NCBI GenBank assembly: GCA_029264685.1
Contig: JARHZW010000055.1
Coordinates: 1,217 to 65,216 of the forward strand
Direction: 5' to 3'
DNA: 64,000 bases
From: Candidatus Limivicinus sp.
GTDB taxonomy: Bacteria; Bacillota; Clostridia; Oscillospirales; Oscillospiraceae
Below, piece by piece: positions 37,042 through 45,575 of the stretch. The notes beneath the pieces are model-generated. The model made no database searches. It was not told the origin of the DNA and was given only the letters and a program-made list of their open reading frames with translations. Each line of letters opens with the position of its first letter. Position 1 is the stretch's first letter. The position numbers and the translations under genes are program-made.

Positions 37042-37839
37042 ATGGAAACTAAAACAAGTATTCTTATCGCTGACGCAAACCACGATTTCTGCAAGCTTTT
37101 AACTGATGTGATCTCCAAAGAGAGCGACATGGAAGTGTTGGCCAGTACCTGTGACGGAGCGGATGCTCTAAAAAAGGTAAACGAGCTGAAGCCTGATTTG
37201 CTGCTCATGGATCTGGTACTGCCGAAACTGGACGGACTGGAGCTTCTCCGCCGTCTTTCCGAGGAAAGCGACAAGCCGAGAATCATCGTTCTCTCCGGCT
37301 TTGTTAATTCTTCTGTACTCACCGAGTGTTCAAGTCTCGGCGCTGAGTATTTTATGACAAAGCCATGCGACACCGCCGCTCTTTTTGCCCACATCCGCCA
37401 GTTCAACGGCTTTACTCATTCTTCAATCGAACCGTCCGGCTATGACTGCCACGCCGTCAATCAATCTCAGCATGATGATGTTGAGCTGGAAAGCGCCGTT
37501 ACGGATATAATACATGAAATAGGCGTTCCTGCCCATATCAAAGGTTACCAGTATCTGCGTGAAGCAATCATACTGACAATAAAAGACATGGACATGATCA
37601 ACGCCGTTACAAAGGTTCTGTATCCTGAGGTCGCACGAAAATTCAACACTACCCCGTCCAGAGTTGAGCGTGCGATACGCCATGCAATAGAGGTTGCGTG
37701 GGACAGAGGAGATATTGAAACCTTGCAGAAGTTCTTCGGCTATACCGTATCAAACATCAAGGGTAAGCCGACTAACAGCGAATTTATCGCCATGATTGCC
37801 GATTGCCTCTCCCTGAGACGCAAGCACGCAGTTAACTGA
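37042..37839 (+). CDS. spo0A: Sporulation master response regulator Spo0A
   Basis: Receiver domain [21 protein letters not shown]. The C-terminal domain [37 protein letters not shown] is diagnostic of Spo0A. GGGAGG RBS before the ATG at 37042. Confidence 0.97.
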   Translation: METKTSILIADANHDFCKLLTDVISKESDMEVLASTCDGADALKKVNELKPDLLLMDLVLPKLDGLELLRRLSEESDKPRIIVLSGFVNSSVLTECSSLGAEYFMTKPCDTAALFAHIRQFNGFTHSSIEPSGYDCHAVNQSQHDDVELESAVTDIIHEIGVPAHIKGYQYLREAIILTIKDMDMINAVTKVLYPEVARKFNTTPSRVERAIRHAIEVAWDRGDIETLQKFFGYTVSNIKGKPTNSEFIAMIADCLSLRRKHAVN

Positions 37840-37868
37840 CACCGTTTTACTTTTATATGCCGCCGTAA

Positions 37869-37903
37869 AAAGGAGTGTATCTGAAGCTGATACACTCCTT
37901 TTA
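37869..37903 (+). terminator. Terminator after spo0A
   Basis: aaggagtgtatc-tgaagc-tgatacactcctttt. Confidence 0.8.
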
Positions 37904-38024
37904 TCGGTCCTTTTTAAAGTTTCCGGCTGTACAAGTCTTTTTATTCAGGCATTTTTCGTTTTTATAGAGCGGTTCAACCAAAACCTGCACAGCCACAATC
38001 CGAGTCCCGCATTCTACAGGATAG

Positions 38025-38062
38025 CAAAAAATCGCTGTTTCAGAATGAAACAGCGATTTTTT
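38025..38062. terminator. Terminator after tsf (palindromic, A/T-flanked)
   Basis: aaaaaatcgctgtttc-agaa-tgaaacagcgatttttt. Confidence 0.85.
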
Positions 38063-38076
38063 ATTCTTTACAGAAC

Positions 38077-39003
38077 TTATTTGCCCATGTTCATCTGGGC
38101 TGCAACCTCAGCTGCAAAGTCCTCTTCCTTCTTCTCAATGCCCTCGCCCTTCAGGAAACGAACAGCGTCAACAAACTTGACGGAGCCGCCCAGAGCCTTT
38201 GCGGCAGAAGCAATGTACTGCTCGACGGTCATGGAGCTGTCCTTAACGAAGACCTGCTGAAGCAGGCAGTTCTCTTCGTAGAACTTGTTCATCTTACCCA
38301 TGACGATCTTCTCCTTAACCTGCTGGGGCTTGGAAGCCATCTTGGGGTCCTGATCCATAAGAGCAAGAGCGATCTTCTTCTCCTCTTCCTTTACTTCCTC
38401 AGTGACCTGGCTCTTATCCCAGAAACGGGGAGAGAGAGCAGCTATCTGCATTGCAACGTCCTTACCGATCTCGGTAGCGTCAATGCCGCCCTCAACCTCA
38501 AGGTTGACCAGAACGCCGATCTTGCCGCCTGCGTGAACGTAGGCAACACTGGTGTTCTGATTGTAGCGGGCAAAACGGCGGATCTGAAGGTTTTCACCGA
38601 TGGACATGACCTTCTCGGGCATGATCTCGGCAACGGTCAGCTCGCTGCCGTAGTACTTGCAGTTCATGAGCTCCTCAACATTTGCAGGGTTCTCATTGAT
38701 AACGGTCTTGCAGATATCCTTAACGAATGCAACGAACAGCTCGCTCTTTGCGCAGAAGTCAGTCTCGCAGTTGACCTCAACCAGAGCACCTACGCCGCAC
38801 TTGGGGCATACATCAGCATAAGCCATACCTTCAGCGGCAACACGGCCTGCCTTTTTGGCTGCTTTGGCAAGGCCCTTCTCACGAAGCCATTCAACTGCCT
38901 TGTCCATATCTCCGTCAGTCTCTGCAAGAGCCTTCTTGCAGTCCATCATGCCGACATTGGTCATATCACGAAGAGTCTTAACATCTTTAGCGGTAAAAGC
39001 CAT
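38077..39003 (-). CDS. tsf: Translation elongation factor Ts
   Basis: MAFTAKDVKTLRDMTNVGMMDCKKALAETDGDMDKAVEWLREKG. 308 aa, downstream of rpsB. Confidence 0.97.
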   Translation of the reverse strand: MAFTAKDVKTLRDMTNVGMMDCKKALAETDGDMDKAVEWLREKGLAKAAKKAGRVAAEGMAYADVCPKCGVGALVEVNCETDFCAKSELFVAFVKDICKTVINENPANVEELMNCKYYGSELTVAEIMPEKVMSIGENLQIRRFARYNQNTSVAYVHAGGKIGVLVNLEVEGGIDATEIGKDVAMQIAALSPRFWDKSQVTEEVKEEEKKIALALMDQDPKMASKPQQVKEKIVMGKMNKFYEENCLLQQVFVKDSSMTVEQYIASAAKALGGSVKFVDAVRFLKGEGIEKKEEDFAAEVAAQMNMGK

Positions 39004-39029
39004 TATAATTTCCTCCTATTTTAATAAGG

Positions 39030-39071
39030 TAAAAATTTCAAAACAAGGGGTACGCCATGCGCACCCCTGTT
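39030..39071 (-). terminator. Imperfect hairpin plus T-run between rpsB and tsf (probable partial terminator/attenuator)
   Basis: On the minus strand: acaggggtgcg-catg-gcgtaccccttgt followed by tttgaaattttt. Confidence 0.5.
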
Positions 39072-39085
39072 ATCTTGCCGGATAA

Positions 39086-39817
39086 TTATTCCTCAGTGGC
39101 CTCTGCCTCTGCAGGAACTTCTTCCTCAGCGTCGATGCCCTGACGGCCTTCCTGAACTGCGTTAGCCATGGTGGCGGAGATCAGGCGGATAGCACGGATA
39201 GCATCGTCGTTTGCGGGAATAACGTAATCGACCTCATCGGGGTCGCAGTTGGTATCAACGATAGCAACGATAGGAATATGGAGCTTGCGGGCCTCAGCAA
39301 TAGCATTGTGCTCCTTGCGGGGGTCAACAACGAAGAGAGCGCCGGGGAGCTTCTTCATATCCTTGACGCCGCCAAGGTACTTCTCCAGCTTCTCCATCTC
39401 GCCAAGGTGCTTCATAACTTCCTTCTTGGGCAGCATATCGAAGGTGCCGTCTTCCTGCATCTTCTTGAGCTGAGCCAGGCGGTCGATACGAGTACGCATG
39501 GTCTTGAAGTTGGTGAGCATACCGCCCAGCCAACGAGCGTTAACATAGTACTGGCCTACACGGGAAGCCTCCTCACGGACGGCATCGGTAGCCTGCTTCT
39601 TGGTGCCGACGAACAGAATGGACTGGCCGTTAGCAGCAAGCTCTCTTACGAAGTCGTAAGCCTCTTCCAGCTTCTTAACGGTCTTCTGCAGGTCGATGAT
39701 GTAAATTCCGTTACGCTCACAGTAAATGTACTCGGACATTTTAGGGTTCCAGCGGCGGGTCTGGTGTCCGAAGTGGACGCCTGCTTCCAGCAGCTGTTTC
39801 ATGGATACTACTGACAT
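39086..39817 (-). CDS. rpsB: 30S ribosomal protein S2
   Basis: [22 protein letters not shown].. 243 aa with an acidic tail. Confidence 0.97.
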   Translation of the reverse strand: MSVVSMKQLLEAGVHFGHQTRRWNPKMSEYIYCERNGIYIIDLQKTVKKLEEAYDFVRELAANGQSILFVGTKKQATDAVREEASRVGQYYVNARWLGGMLTNFKTMRTRIDRLAQLKKMQEDGTFDMLPKKEVMKHLGEMEKLEKYLGGVKDMKKLPGALFVVDPRKEHNAIAEARKLHIPIVAIVDTNCDPDEVDYVIPANDDAIRAIRLISATMANAVQEGRQGIDAEEEVPAEAEATEE

Positions 39818-40120
39818 TTGATTTCCTCCAAAATTTTGTTATTTTCCTCCGGAAACTTCATCCTCTCCCTCAAGCCAATGCTCTTTTGAGCAAAAGCCAC
39901 ATGAAGAAAAGTCCGTCTCCGTGTGAAATGCTATGATATGATACCAGAAAAGGCCGAAAATTGCAAGTATTTTTTATGTTTTTTCTAAGTCATTTCAGTG
40001 TTTTTTTCGTTAAAATCAGTTTATTGAAATTCCCACCTCTTTTTTCATCGTTCTATCCCTGTTGACAAGCCTCACGGTATGGGGTAAAATTTCATAAAAC
40101 TTCTGAAAAGGGTGTATTAT

Positions 40121-40735
40121 ATGATAAAAAACATTGTTTTTGATATGGGAAGAGTACTTATAGATTTCAGGCCCAAAGATATTATGGAGCGTTTCGCTGT
40201 CCCCGAGCAGGACAGGCAGCTGATTTTGAATGAGCTTTTTCTGTCTCTGGAATGGGTGAAGATGGACAGAGGCACAGTCACCGATATGGAGGCCTGCGAA
40301 AACATATGCGGAAATTTGCCAAAACGACTCCACGATTATGTACGCCGTATAATTTTTGAGTGGGACAAGCCTCTGGTTCCTGTGCCTCATATGGCGGAGC
40401 TGGTGCAGGAACTAAAGCGCATGGGCTACAACATCTATCTTCTCTCCAACGCCAGCCGCCGTCAGCACGAATACTGGAACAGAATTCCGGGCAGCGAATT
40501 TTTTGACGGCACTTTCATTTCCGCCGACCACGGTCTTTTAAAGCCCCACGCCGAGATTTACAACAAATTCTTTCAGGAATTCTCTTTAAATCCACAGGAA
40601 TGTATTTTTATAGATGACGCCCCTGCAAATATAGAAGGTGCCTTATGCTGCGGCATGGAAGGAATAGTTTTCCACAACGATGTTGAAGACTTGCGGAAAA
40701 AGCTGGTTCAGGCAGGCATAAAGCTTGATTTATAA
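40121..40735 (+). CDS. HAD-superfamily hydrolase, subfamily IA
   Basis: Motif I IVFDMGRVLIDF, motif II LLSNAS, motif IV FIDDAPANIEGA. Confidence 0.85.
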   Translation: MIKNIVFDMGRVLIDFRPKDIMERFAVPEQDRQLILNELFLSLEWVKMDRGTVTDMEACENICGNLPKRLHDYVRRIIFEWDKPLVPVPHMAELVQELKRMGYNIYLLSNASRRQHEYWNRIPGSEFFDGTFISADHGLLKPHAEIYNKFFQEFSLNPQECIFIDDAPANIEGALCCGMEGIVFHNDVEDLRKKLVQAGIKLDL

Positions 40736-40740
40736 AGGCA

Positions 40741-40777
40741 AAAACTGAGCGGTATTATTTTACCCGCTCAGTTTTTG
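40741..40777. terminator. Bidirectional terminator
   Basis: aaaactgagcgg-tattatttta-cccgctcagtttt. Confidence 0.8.
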
Positions 40778-40787
40778 CATATTCGTT

Positions 40788-41519
40788 TTATGCCAGATTG
40801 CCGGTTGCATACATGGCTGCCGTAAGAGCCACCACAGGAGCCGTCTCACAGCGCAGTATCCGCTCACCCATGGAGCAGATATGCAGCCCTGCAATTTTTG
40901 CAAGCTTAGTCTCAAACTCCTCAAAGCCCCCCTCAGGGCCTGTGAGCAGGGCAATGCTTTTTACATCCTTGCTGCTGTCAAGCACCTGACTGAGAGCTTC
41001 CCTCTCGCCTGCTTCGTAAAGAAATATTCCAAGCTCTTTCTTTACCGCCACATCAAGTGCCCCCGCAAAATCCCCTGCCCAGCTGACCTGAGGAATAATG
41101 CCTCTGCCGGACTGTTTTGCAGCTTCTTCGGATATTCTCTGCCAGCGCTCCAGCTTTTTTTCCATATTCTGGGGTTTCGCCACGCATCTGCCGGACTGGA
41201 AAAACATTATTTCCTCTGCCCCGGCTTCAACACATTTCTGAATAATGTAGTCGGTCTTATCTCCTTTGGGCAGGCCGCAAAGAACAGAGACCTTAACAGT
41301 AGGCTCGGCAGGGCACTTCACAACCTCTATAACCTCTGCCTCAACCTGCTCCTTATCAGCCTTTACGAGACGGCATTTGTAGTCAGTGCCTTTGCCGTCG
41401 CAAATTATCATGTCCTCACCCGGACGCAGACGGAGAACTCGGACATGATCCGCATCTCTGCCTTTCATAATTGCCATGCCTCCCAGAATATTGGTACCGG
41501 CCATAAAAAATCTTGCCAT
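40788..41519 (-). CDS. rsmE: 16S rRNA (uracil1498-N3)-methyltransferase
   Basis: MARFFM.. N-terminal PUA-like region and C-terminal SPOUT knot LLTGPEGGFEEFE..LGERILRCETA. Confidence 0.85.
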   Translation of the reverse strand: MARFFMAGTNILGGMAIMKGRDADHVRVLRLRPGEDMIICDGKGTDYKCRLVKADKEQVEAEVIEVVKCPAEPTVKVSVLCGLPKGDKTDYIIQKCVEAGAEEIMFFQSGRCVAKPQNMEKKLERWQRISEEAAKQSGRGIIPQVSWAGDFAGALDVAVKKELGIFLYEAGEREALSQVLDSSKDVKSIALLTGPEGGFEEFETKLAKIAGLHICSMGERILRCETAPVVALTAAMYATGNLA

Positions 41520-41635
41520 ATATTACACATCCCGTAATTTCAAATTATTGCGGTTTTATTATCGCACATCTTTAACAGCTTTGCAATAGCGGGCATAGAA
41601 TGTAACGAGCTGAAACAGATTTGGAGTTGGCAGAA

Positions 41636-41797
41636 ATGGACGAAAAATTGCTCAAAAATCTCAAAAACTTTGAAGCGGTATGGCGGCGTGTAAGCAATGA
41701 CAAGCAGGGGCGTCGGGCTGCCGAAAAGGCCGGCGTCAAGCTCAAGCCCGGAAAGTGCCCCCGAAACTGCAACAGGCGCTTTGCTCCCTTTAACTAA
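41636..41797 (+). CDS. 53-aa basic, Cys-containing small protein (below the ORF-track cut-off)
   Basis: My translation is MDEKLLKNLKNFEAVWRRVSNDKQGRRAAEKAGVKLKPGKCPRNCNRRFAPFN. GGAG lies 9 nt upstream. No family recognised. Confidence 0.35.
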   Translation: MDEKLLKNLKNFEAVWRRVSNDKQGRRAAEKAGVKLKPGKCPRNCNRRFAPFN

Positions 41798-41887
41798 TTA
41801 TGCCGTAAAATGCGGACAGCTATTGACCTGTCCGCATTTTCTTCTTATAATAAGCCTATCATTGAAAAGGCAAGGAGAACTTTAACT

Positions 41888-43324
41888 ATGCCTACTACCT
41901 GGACCCGTTCCCCCGAGGAATTTCATAAAATTTACATAGCAAACACCGACGCCTTTTACCGCATCGGAAGCAAGTCTCTGGCCCGTGAGCTGGATGAGTT
42001 TGTAAGCCGCTGTGCTCTTTCTCTCTGGAGCAAATCCGGAGGAATTACCCAGCGCCATGCGGATATGGCAAACCAGATATTTTCCAGAAATCAGCCCCAG
42101 CCCAACTGGCTGCTTTGGAATCTGACCCACGCTGTATGCGAACAGGATATTTTTCTGCCTCCTGCCTTTTTCTGGAATCTGGCGGAAAGCGACGAGAAAA
42201 AAGGTTCGCAGACTTCACGGACCTTTATAAGAATGTTAACCAACATTCTGCTGTATCTTGCCGCCACCGATGACGACGTAAGCTACGCAGAAGCTGAATT
42301 TATAACCGAATGTACAGACAAGCTCAGCGCCATCTGTGATGCAGCAGGCGTGAAGAAGAGCAGAGACGGGCTTAACGCCATGGATTTTGTCACAAATGTT
42401 GAGCCTTCCTTTACCGAAAAATATTCCCCCGCCGTTCAGACCTCAGGGGGAGAAGAAAAAAGTGCCGACGCGGAGGAACAGAAAGAACCGCAGCCAAGTT
42501 TTGAGGAGCTGATGGAGCAGCTCAACTCTCTTGTAGGTCTGGAAGACGTTAAAAAGGACATTAAAAATCTGGTAAACCTGATGAAGGTGAGAAAGCTCAG
42601 GCAGGAAAACCAGCTGCCCGTACCGCCTATGTCTCTCCACATGGTGTTTCTGGGAAACCCGGGCACAGGCAAAACCACAGTGGCAAGACTTATAAGCAGT
42701 CTATATGCCTCCATAGGGGTTTTGAGCAAGGGGCAGCTTATCGAAGTTGACCGTTCAGGTCTGGTTGCAGGCTATGTAGGTCAAACTGCTCTCAAAACTC
42801 AGGATGTTATTAAATCTGCCATCGGCGGAGTTCTCTTTATAGACGAGGCCTATTCCCTTTCCTCCGGCGGAGAAAACGACTTTGGCAGAGAGGCTATTGA
42901 GACCATATTGAAGGCCATGGAGGATAACCGTGACGACCTTGTGGTTATCGTTGCAGGCTACACAGGGCCTATGGAGAAGTTTTTAAGCTCCAACCCCGGT
43001 CTTCAGTCCCGCTTCAACAAATATTTTAACTTCCCCGACTACAAGGGTCAGGAGCTTATGGAAATTTTCCGTATGCGCTGTCGGAAGAACAGCTACGAAC
43101 TGACGGAAGAAGCGGAAAAAGCAGCGGCGGAAATGTTCAATGAGCTTTACGATGACAGAGATGAAAACTTCGGAAACGGCAGAGACGTGCGAAACATCTT
43201 TGAGGACATGATCGTGCGCCAGTCTAACCGTGTAGCCGCAATGGACAACCCAAGCAAGGAGGACCTTATGGCAGTTCTGCCTGAGGATCTGGAAGAGCCG
43301 TCCGAAAATTCGGAGGAGGAATAA
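41888..43324 (+). CDS. AAA+ ATPase of the SpoVK/CbxX type with an unrelated roughly 230-aa N-terminal domain (TerB-like by eye)
   Basis: Walker A FLGNPGTGKTTVARL, Walker B GVLFIDEAYSL, and the upstream LVGLEDVKKDIKNLV typical of SpoVK. The N-domain has YLAATDDDVSYAEAEFI. ATG at 41888 follows AAGGAGAA. Confidence 0.8.
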   Translation: MPTTWTRSPEEFHKIYIANTDAFYRIGSKSLARELDEFVSRCALSLWSKSGGITQRHADMANQIFSRNQPQPNWLLWNLTHAVCEQDIFLPPAFFWNLAESDEKKGSQTSRTFIRMLTNILLYLAATDDDVSYAEAEFITECTDKLSAICDAAGVKKSRDGLNAMDFVTNVEPSFTEKYSPAVQTSGGEEKSADAEEQKEPQPSFEELMEQLNSLVGLEDVKKDIKNLVNLMKVRKLRQENQLPVPPMSLHMVFLGNPGTGKTTVARLISSLYASIGVLSKGQLIEVDRSGLVAGYVGQTALKTQDVIKSAIGGVLFIDEAYSLSSGGENDFGREAIETILKAMEDNRDDLVVIVAGYTGPMEKFLSSNPGLQSRFNKYFNFPDYKGQELMEIFRMRCRKNSYELTEEAEKAAAEMFNELYDDRDENFGNGRDVRNIFEDMIVRQSNRVAAMDNPSKEDLMAVLPEDLEEPSENSEEE

Positions 43325-43353
43325 ACGGTTCTGCATTTGATTATAAAAACAGC

Positions 43354-43384
43354 AGCGGAGCGCACCGTTAAGATGCGCTCCGCT
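43354..43384. terminator. Hairpin between the convergent spoVK-like gene and the five-gene operon
   Basis: agcggagcgca-ccgttaaga-tgcgctccgct. The T-run (tgttttta) follows on the minus-strand reading. Confidence 0.7.
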
Positions 43385-43398
43385 TTCATATGCAGTTT

Positions 43399-44148
43399 TT
43401 ATTTTGCTCTCTTTACCGTATAGCTCAGGCAGTTGCCCGCCTTATCGCTTTTCAGGTCATCAAAGTACCAGAAGTAGATTTTTCTGCCGTACACATCCTC
43501 CTCGATAATTCCGTCCGGCTTTTGTCCCTCAACCTCCAGAGTATAAATATTCTCATTATGAGAATATCCGCAAACAAAACGTGTATCGGGATAGTTAGGG
43601 TTCAAATCCTGCATTGCGTCACTTAATGTCAGATCTAAACCAATATCCTTCTCGAAATGAATTATATACTTGCCTTCCGGCCGTGCTATCACATACTGTG
43701 AATTGACATAAGCATATCTGGTATTTCCGTCAAAGTCTTTTTTCCTGCACTTTGCAAGTACGGAACCCTGCTTTGAGTTGTCTGCATTTTCCGCCCGATA
43801 ATAAACCGTTACATAGTCTTTGCCTTCCCAGGTGTGCAAAATCTCGGAAACATGGTTCAACATATCGGCATCCACATGGTTTTCCTCATTGGCTTGAGCC
43901 AGAGTCTTGTCATGCAGTATGGCTTCTTCCACAGTGTCATAATACATTTCATCTGTAATATTACTTTCATCAGGCATACCCCAAGGCGGTAACAAAGGCT
44001 TATATTCCGCTATTGCCTCAGGCGCATATGTATAAAATTCGCTGTCCTCCTCAGACGGCCCCACAATACAGCCTAAAATAAACAAACCTGCAAAAACGCC
44101 AACCACAACAGCTGCGCTTATTCCTAAAATTTTCAGCAGCTTTTTCAT
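43399..44148 (-). CDS. Hypothetical signal-anchored/exported protein (gene 5 of the five-gene operon)
   Basis: N-terminus MKKLLKILGISAAVVVGVFAGLFILGCIVG, then a soluble 215-aa domain with no motif I recognise. GGAGAG RBS. Confidence 0.7.
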   Translation of the reverse strand: MKKLLKILGISAAVVVGVFAGLFILGCIVGPSEEDSEFYTYAPEAIAEYKPLLPPWGMPDESNITDEMYYDTVEEAILHDKTLAQANEENHVDADMLNHVSEILHTWEGKDYVTVYYRAENADNSKQGSVLAKCRKKDFDGNTRYAYVNSQYVIARPEGKYIIHFEKDIGLDLTLSDAMQDLNPNYPDTRFVCGYSHNENIYTLEVEGQKPDGIIEEDVYGRKIYFWYFDDLKSDKAGNCLSYTVKRAK

Positions 44149-44184
44149 ATGCCTCTCTCCTTATTTCGTCCCTATTATCCAAAT

Positions 44185-44721
44185 TTATGATTTTGCCGCC
44201 GGAAAACGGATTTCTTTCCCCTCTTTTTCCATTCGTTTTACAAAGTTTGAATAGTGATCGGTCATGCCGTCTATGAAAAAGGCTTTTCTTCTCCGCCCTT
44301 CCACATAAACGTTCATGCCGCCCCTTTTCGCCTTGCAGTAGGAAATGTCGGAAATTTTCCAGTGCCGTTTAAAAACAAACGCCTTAATAACCGTTACATC
44401 ATCACCGTCAACCACAATGTCCCACACGCCCTTGACGGGAGCCAGCATTCCCCAGAAGGTTACCACCAGCCAAATAACCGTAACAGGGACAAAAACCATC
44501 ATGAAGCGTCCGTCATCAAGCCGCTCAGGTTCTGACACCAGTATAAAGATGATGAACGCTATCCACATTGCAACACCTATTGCACATATATATGCCACAT
44601 CCATTACCGTTCTCACAGTAAACTTATTCAAAGATTTGGTAGTGCTGCGATTTCTCTTTGACAGGAAATCAAGCACCCCTGCTACCAGATATGAGGTAAT
44701 CAACAAAGCCAGAAATTTCAT
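44185..44721 (-). CDS. Hypothetical 3-TM membrane protein with a C-terminal PH-like module (gene 4)
   Basis: ATG at 44721 follows AAGGGAGAAG. The C-terminal VTVIKAFVFKRHWKISDISYCKAKRGGMNVYVEGRRRKAFFIDG resembles an internal module of the 705-aa protein. Confidence 0.7.
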   Translation of the reverse strand: MKFLALLITSYLVAGVLDFLSKRNRSTTKSLNKFTVRTVMDVAYICAIGVAMWIAFIIFILVSEPERLDDGRFMMVFVPVTVIWLVVTFWGMLAPVKGVWDIVVDGDDVTVIKAFVFKRHWKISDISYCKAKRGGMNVYVEGRRRKAFFIDGMTDHYSNFVKRMEKEGKEIRFPAAKS

Positions 44722-44785
44722 GCACACTTCTCCCTTTTCATTTTCCGTTTCTTTGTATGCTTCAAACTTTTTTGTACCGCCGGGG

Positions 44786-45172
44786 TCAGCTGTCTTTATT
44801 TACCGCTCTGTCAGCCAGTCTTTTGTCACCCCATGGCGTTTTCAGCAAGGTGTCATTTCCCACAATACCCGCTCTGACTATTTCCACAGGCTGTTCCAGC
44901 TCAGATACTTTGGTAGAACCGATATATGACATTTTTTCAAATTCCTCAAAGGTTCTGTATACATTATCCTGAAAAATAAATATTATATTTTCCTTTCTCT
45001 CCTCCGCTTCAGGCGGATGAACACAGGAGCCCATAAGATAATGCTGATTATCGCAGATAAATTCAATAAGGGTAAAGGCTGAGTCATCGTCGTAATCAGA
45101 TTTTATTATCTGAAAAATATCTTTTGTTTTGATCAGCAGCGGTTTTTTCTCTTTTTTCTTAAAGCCAAACAT
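44786..45172 (-). CDS. Hypothetical soluble 128-aa protein (gene 3)
   Basis: No TM segment and no recognisable motif. AAGGGGA RBS. Lies 18 nt after gene 2. Confidence 0.65.
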   Translation of the reverse strand: MFGFKKKEKKPLLIKTKDIFQIIKSDYDDDSAFTLIEFICDNQHYLMGSCVHPPEAEERKENIIFIFQDNVYRTFEEFEKMSYIGSTKVSELEQPVEIVRAGIVGNDTLLKTPWGDKRLADRAVNKDS

Positions 45173-45190
45173 GATAATTTCCCCTTAATT

Positions 45191-45562
45191 TCATCTCGTA
45201 CAGGCTGCATAAAGCTTGTATATCAGCATAGGCACGGAGCAAAGTGCGCCAAGCGGTACATAGATCGGCATAGTCAGAATGGCTATAACGATTTTCGGTG
45301 CTGTGGACTTGAGCCATTTATCTGCAAAATAGCGAAAAATTATCGCACCTGCAGGAAAGCCGGAGAACAAAAGGGCAAAGCCCGTCATGCCTTGAGCAAA
45401 GCTCATAGGTTCAGGCACCTCCATGCCATTCTCTGCAAAAAAACCGATAGTCTCCGGGTCATTGCACTGTGCTATCTGAGCCGATACCGCAACCCGTCCT
45501 ATCAAAGCACCCAGAATCATAAATACAACAATAATTATAATCTGTCTCCACTCTTTTTTCAT
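45191..45562 (-). CDS. Hypothetical 3-TM membrane protein (gene 2)
   Basis: ATG at 45562 follows AAAGGAGAAAACA, 13 nt after the stop of the 705-aa gene. The track start at 45592 would overlap that gene. Confidence 0.65.
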   Translation of the reverse strand: MKKEWRQIIIIVVFMILGALIGRVAVSAQIAQCNDPETIGFFAENGMEVPEPMSFAQGMTGFALLFSGFPAGAIIFRYFADKWLKSTAPKIVIAILTMPIYVPLGALCSVPMLIYKLYAACTR

Positions 45563-45575
45563 TGTTTTCTCCTTT

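Noticed and set aside
39278-39814. 178-aa ORF antisense to rpsB, with similar shadows at 20034..20681 and 59905..60654
   Set aside because: These are shadows of highly expressed or well-supported genes. They have no RBS and no recognisable motifs.
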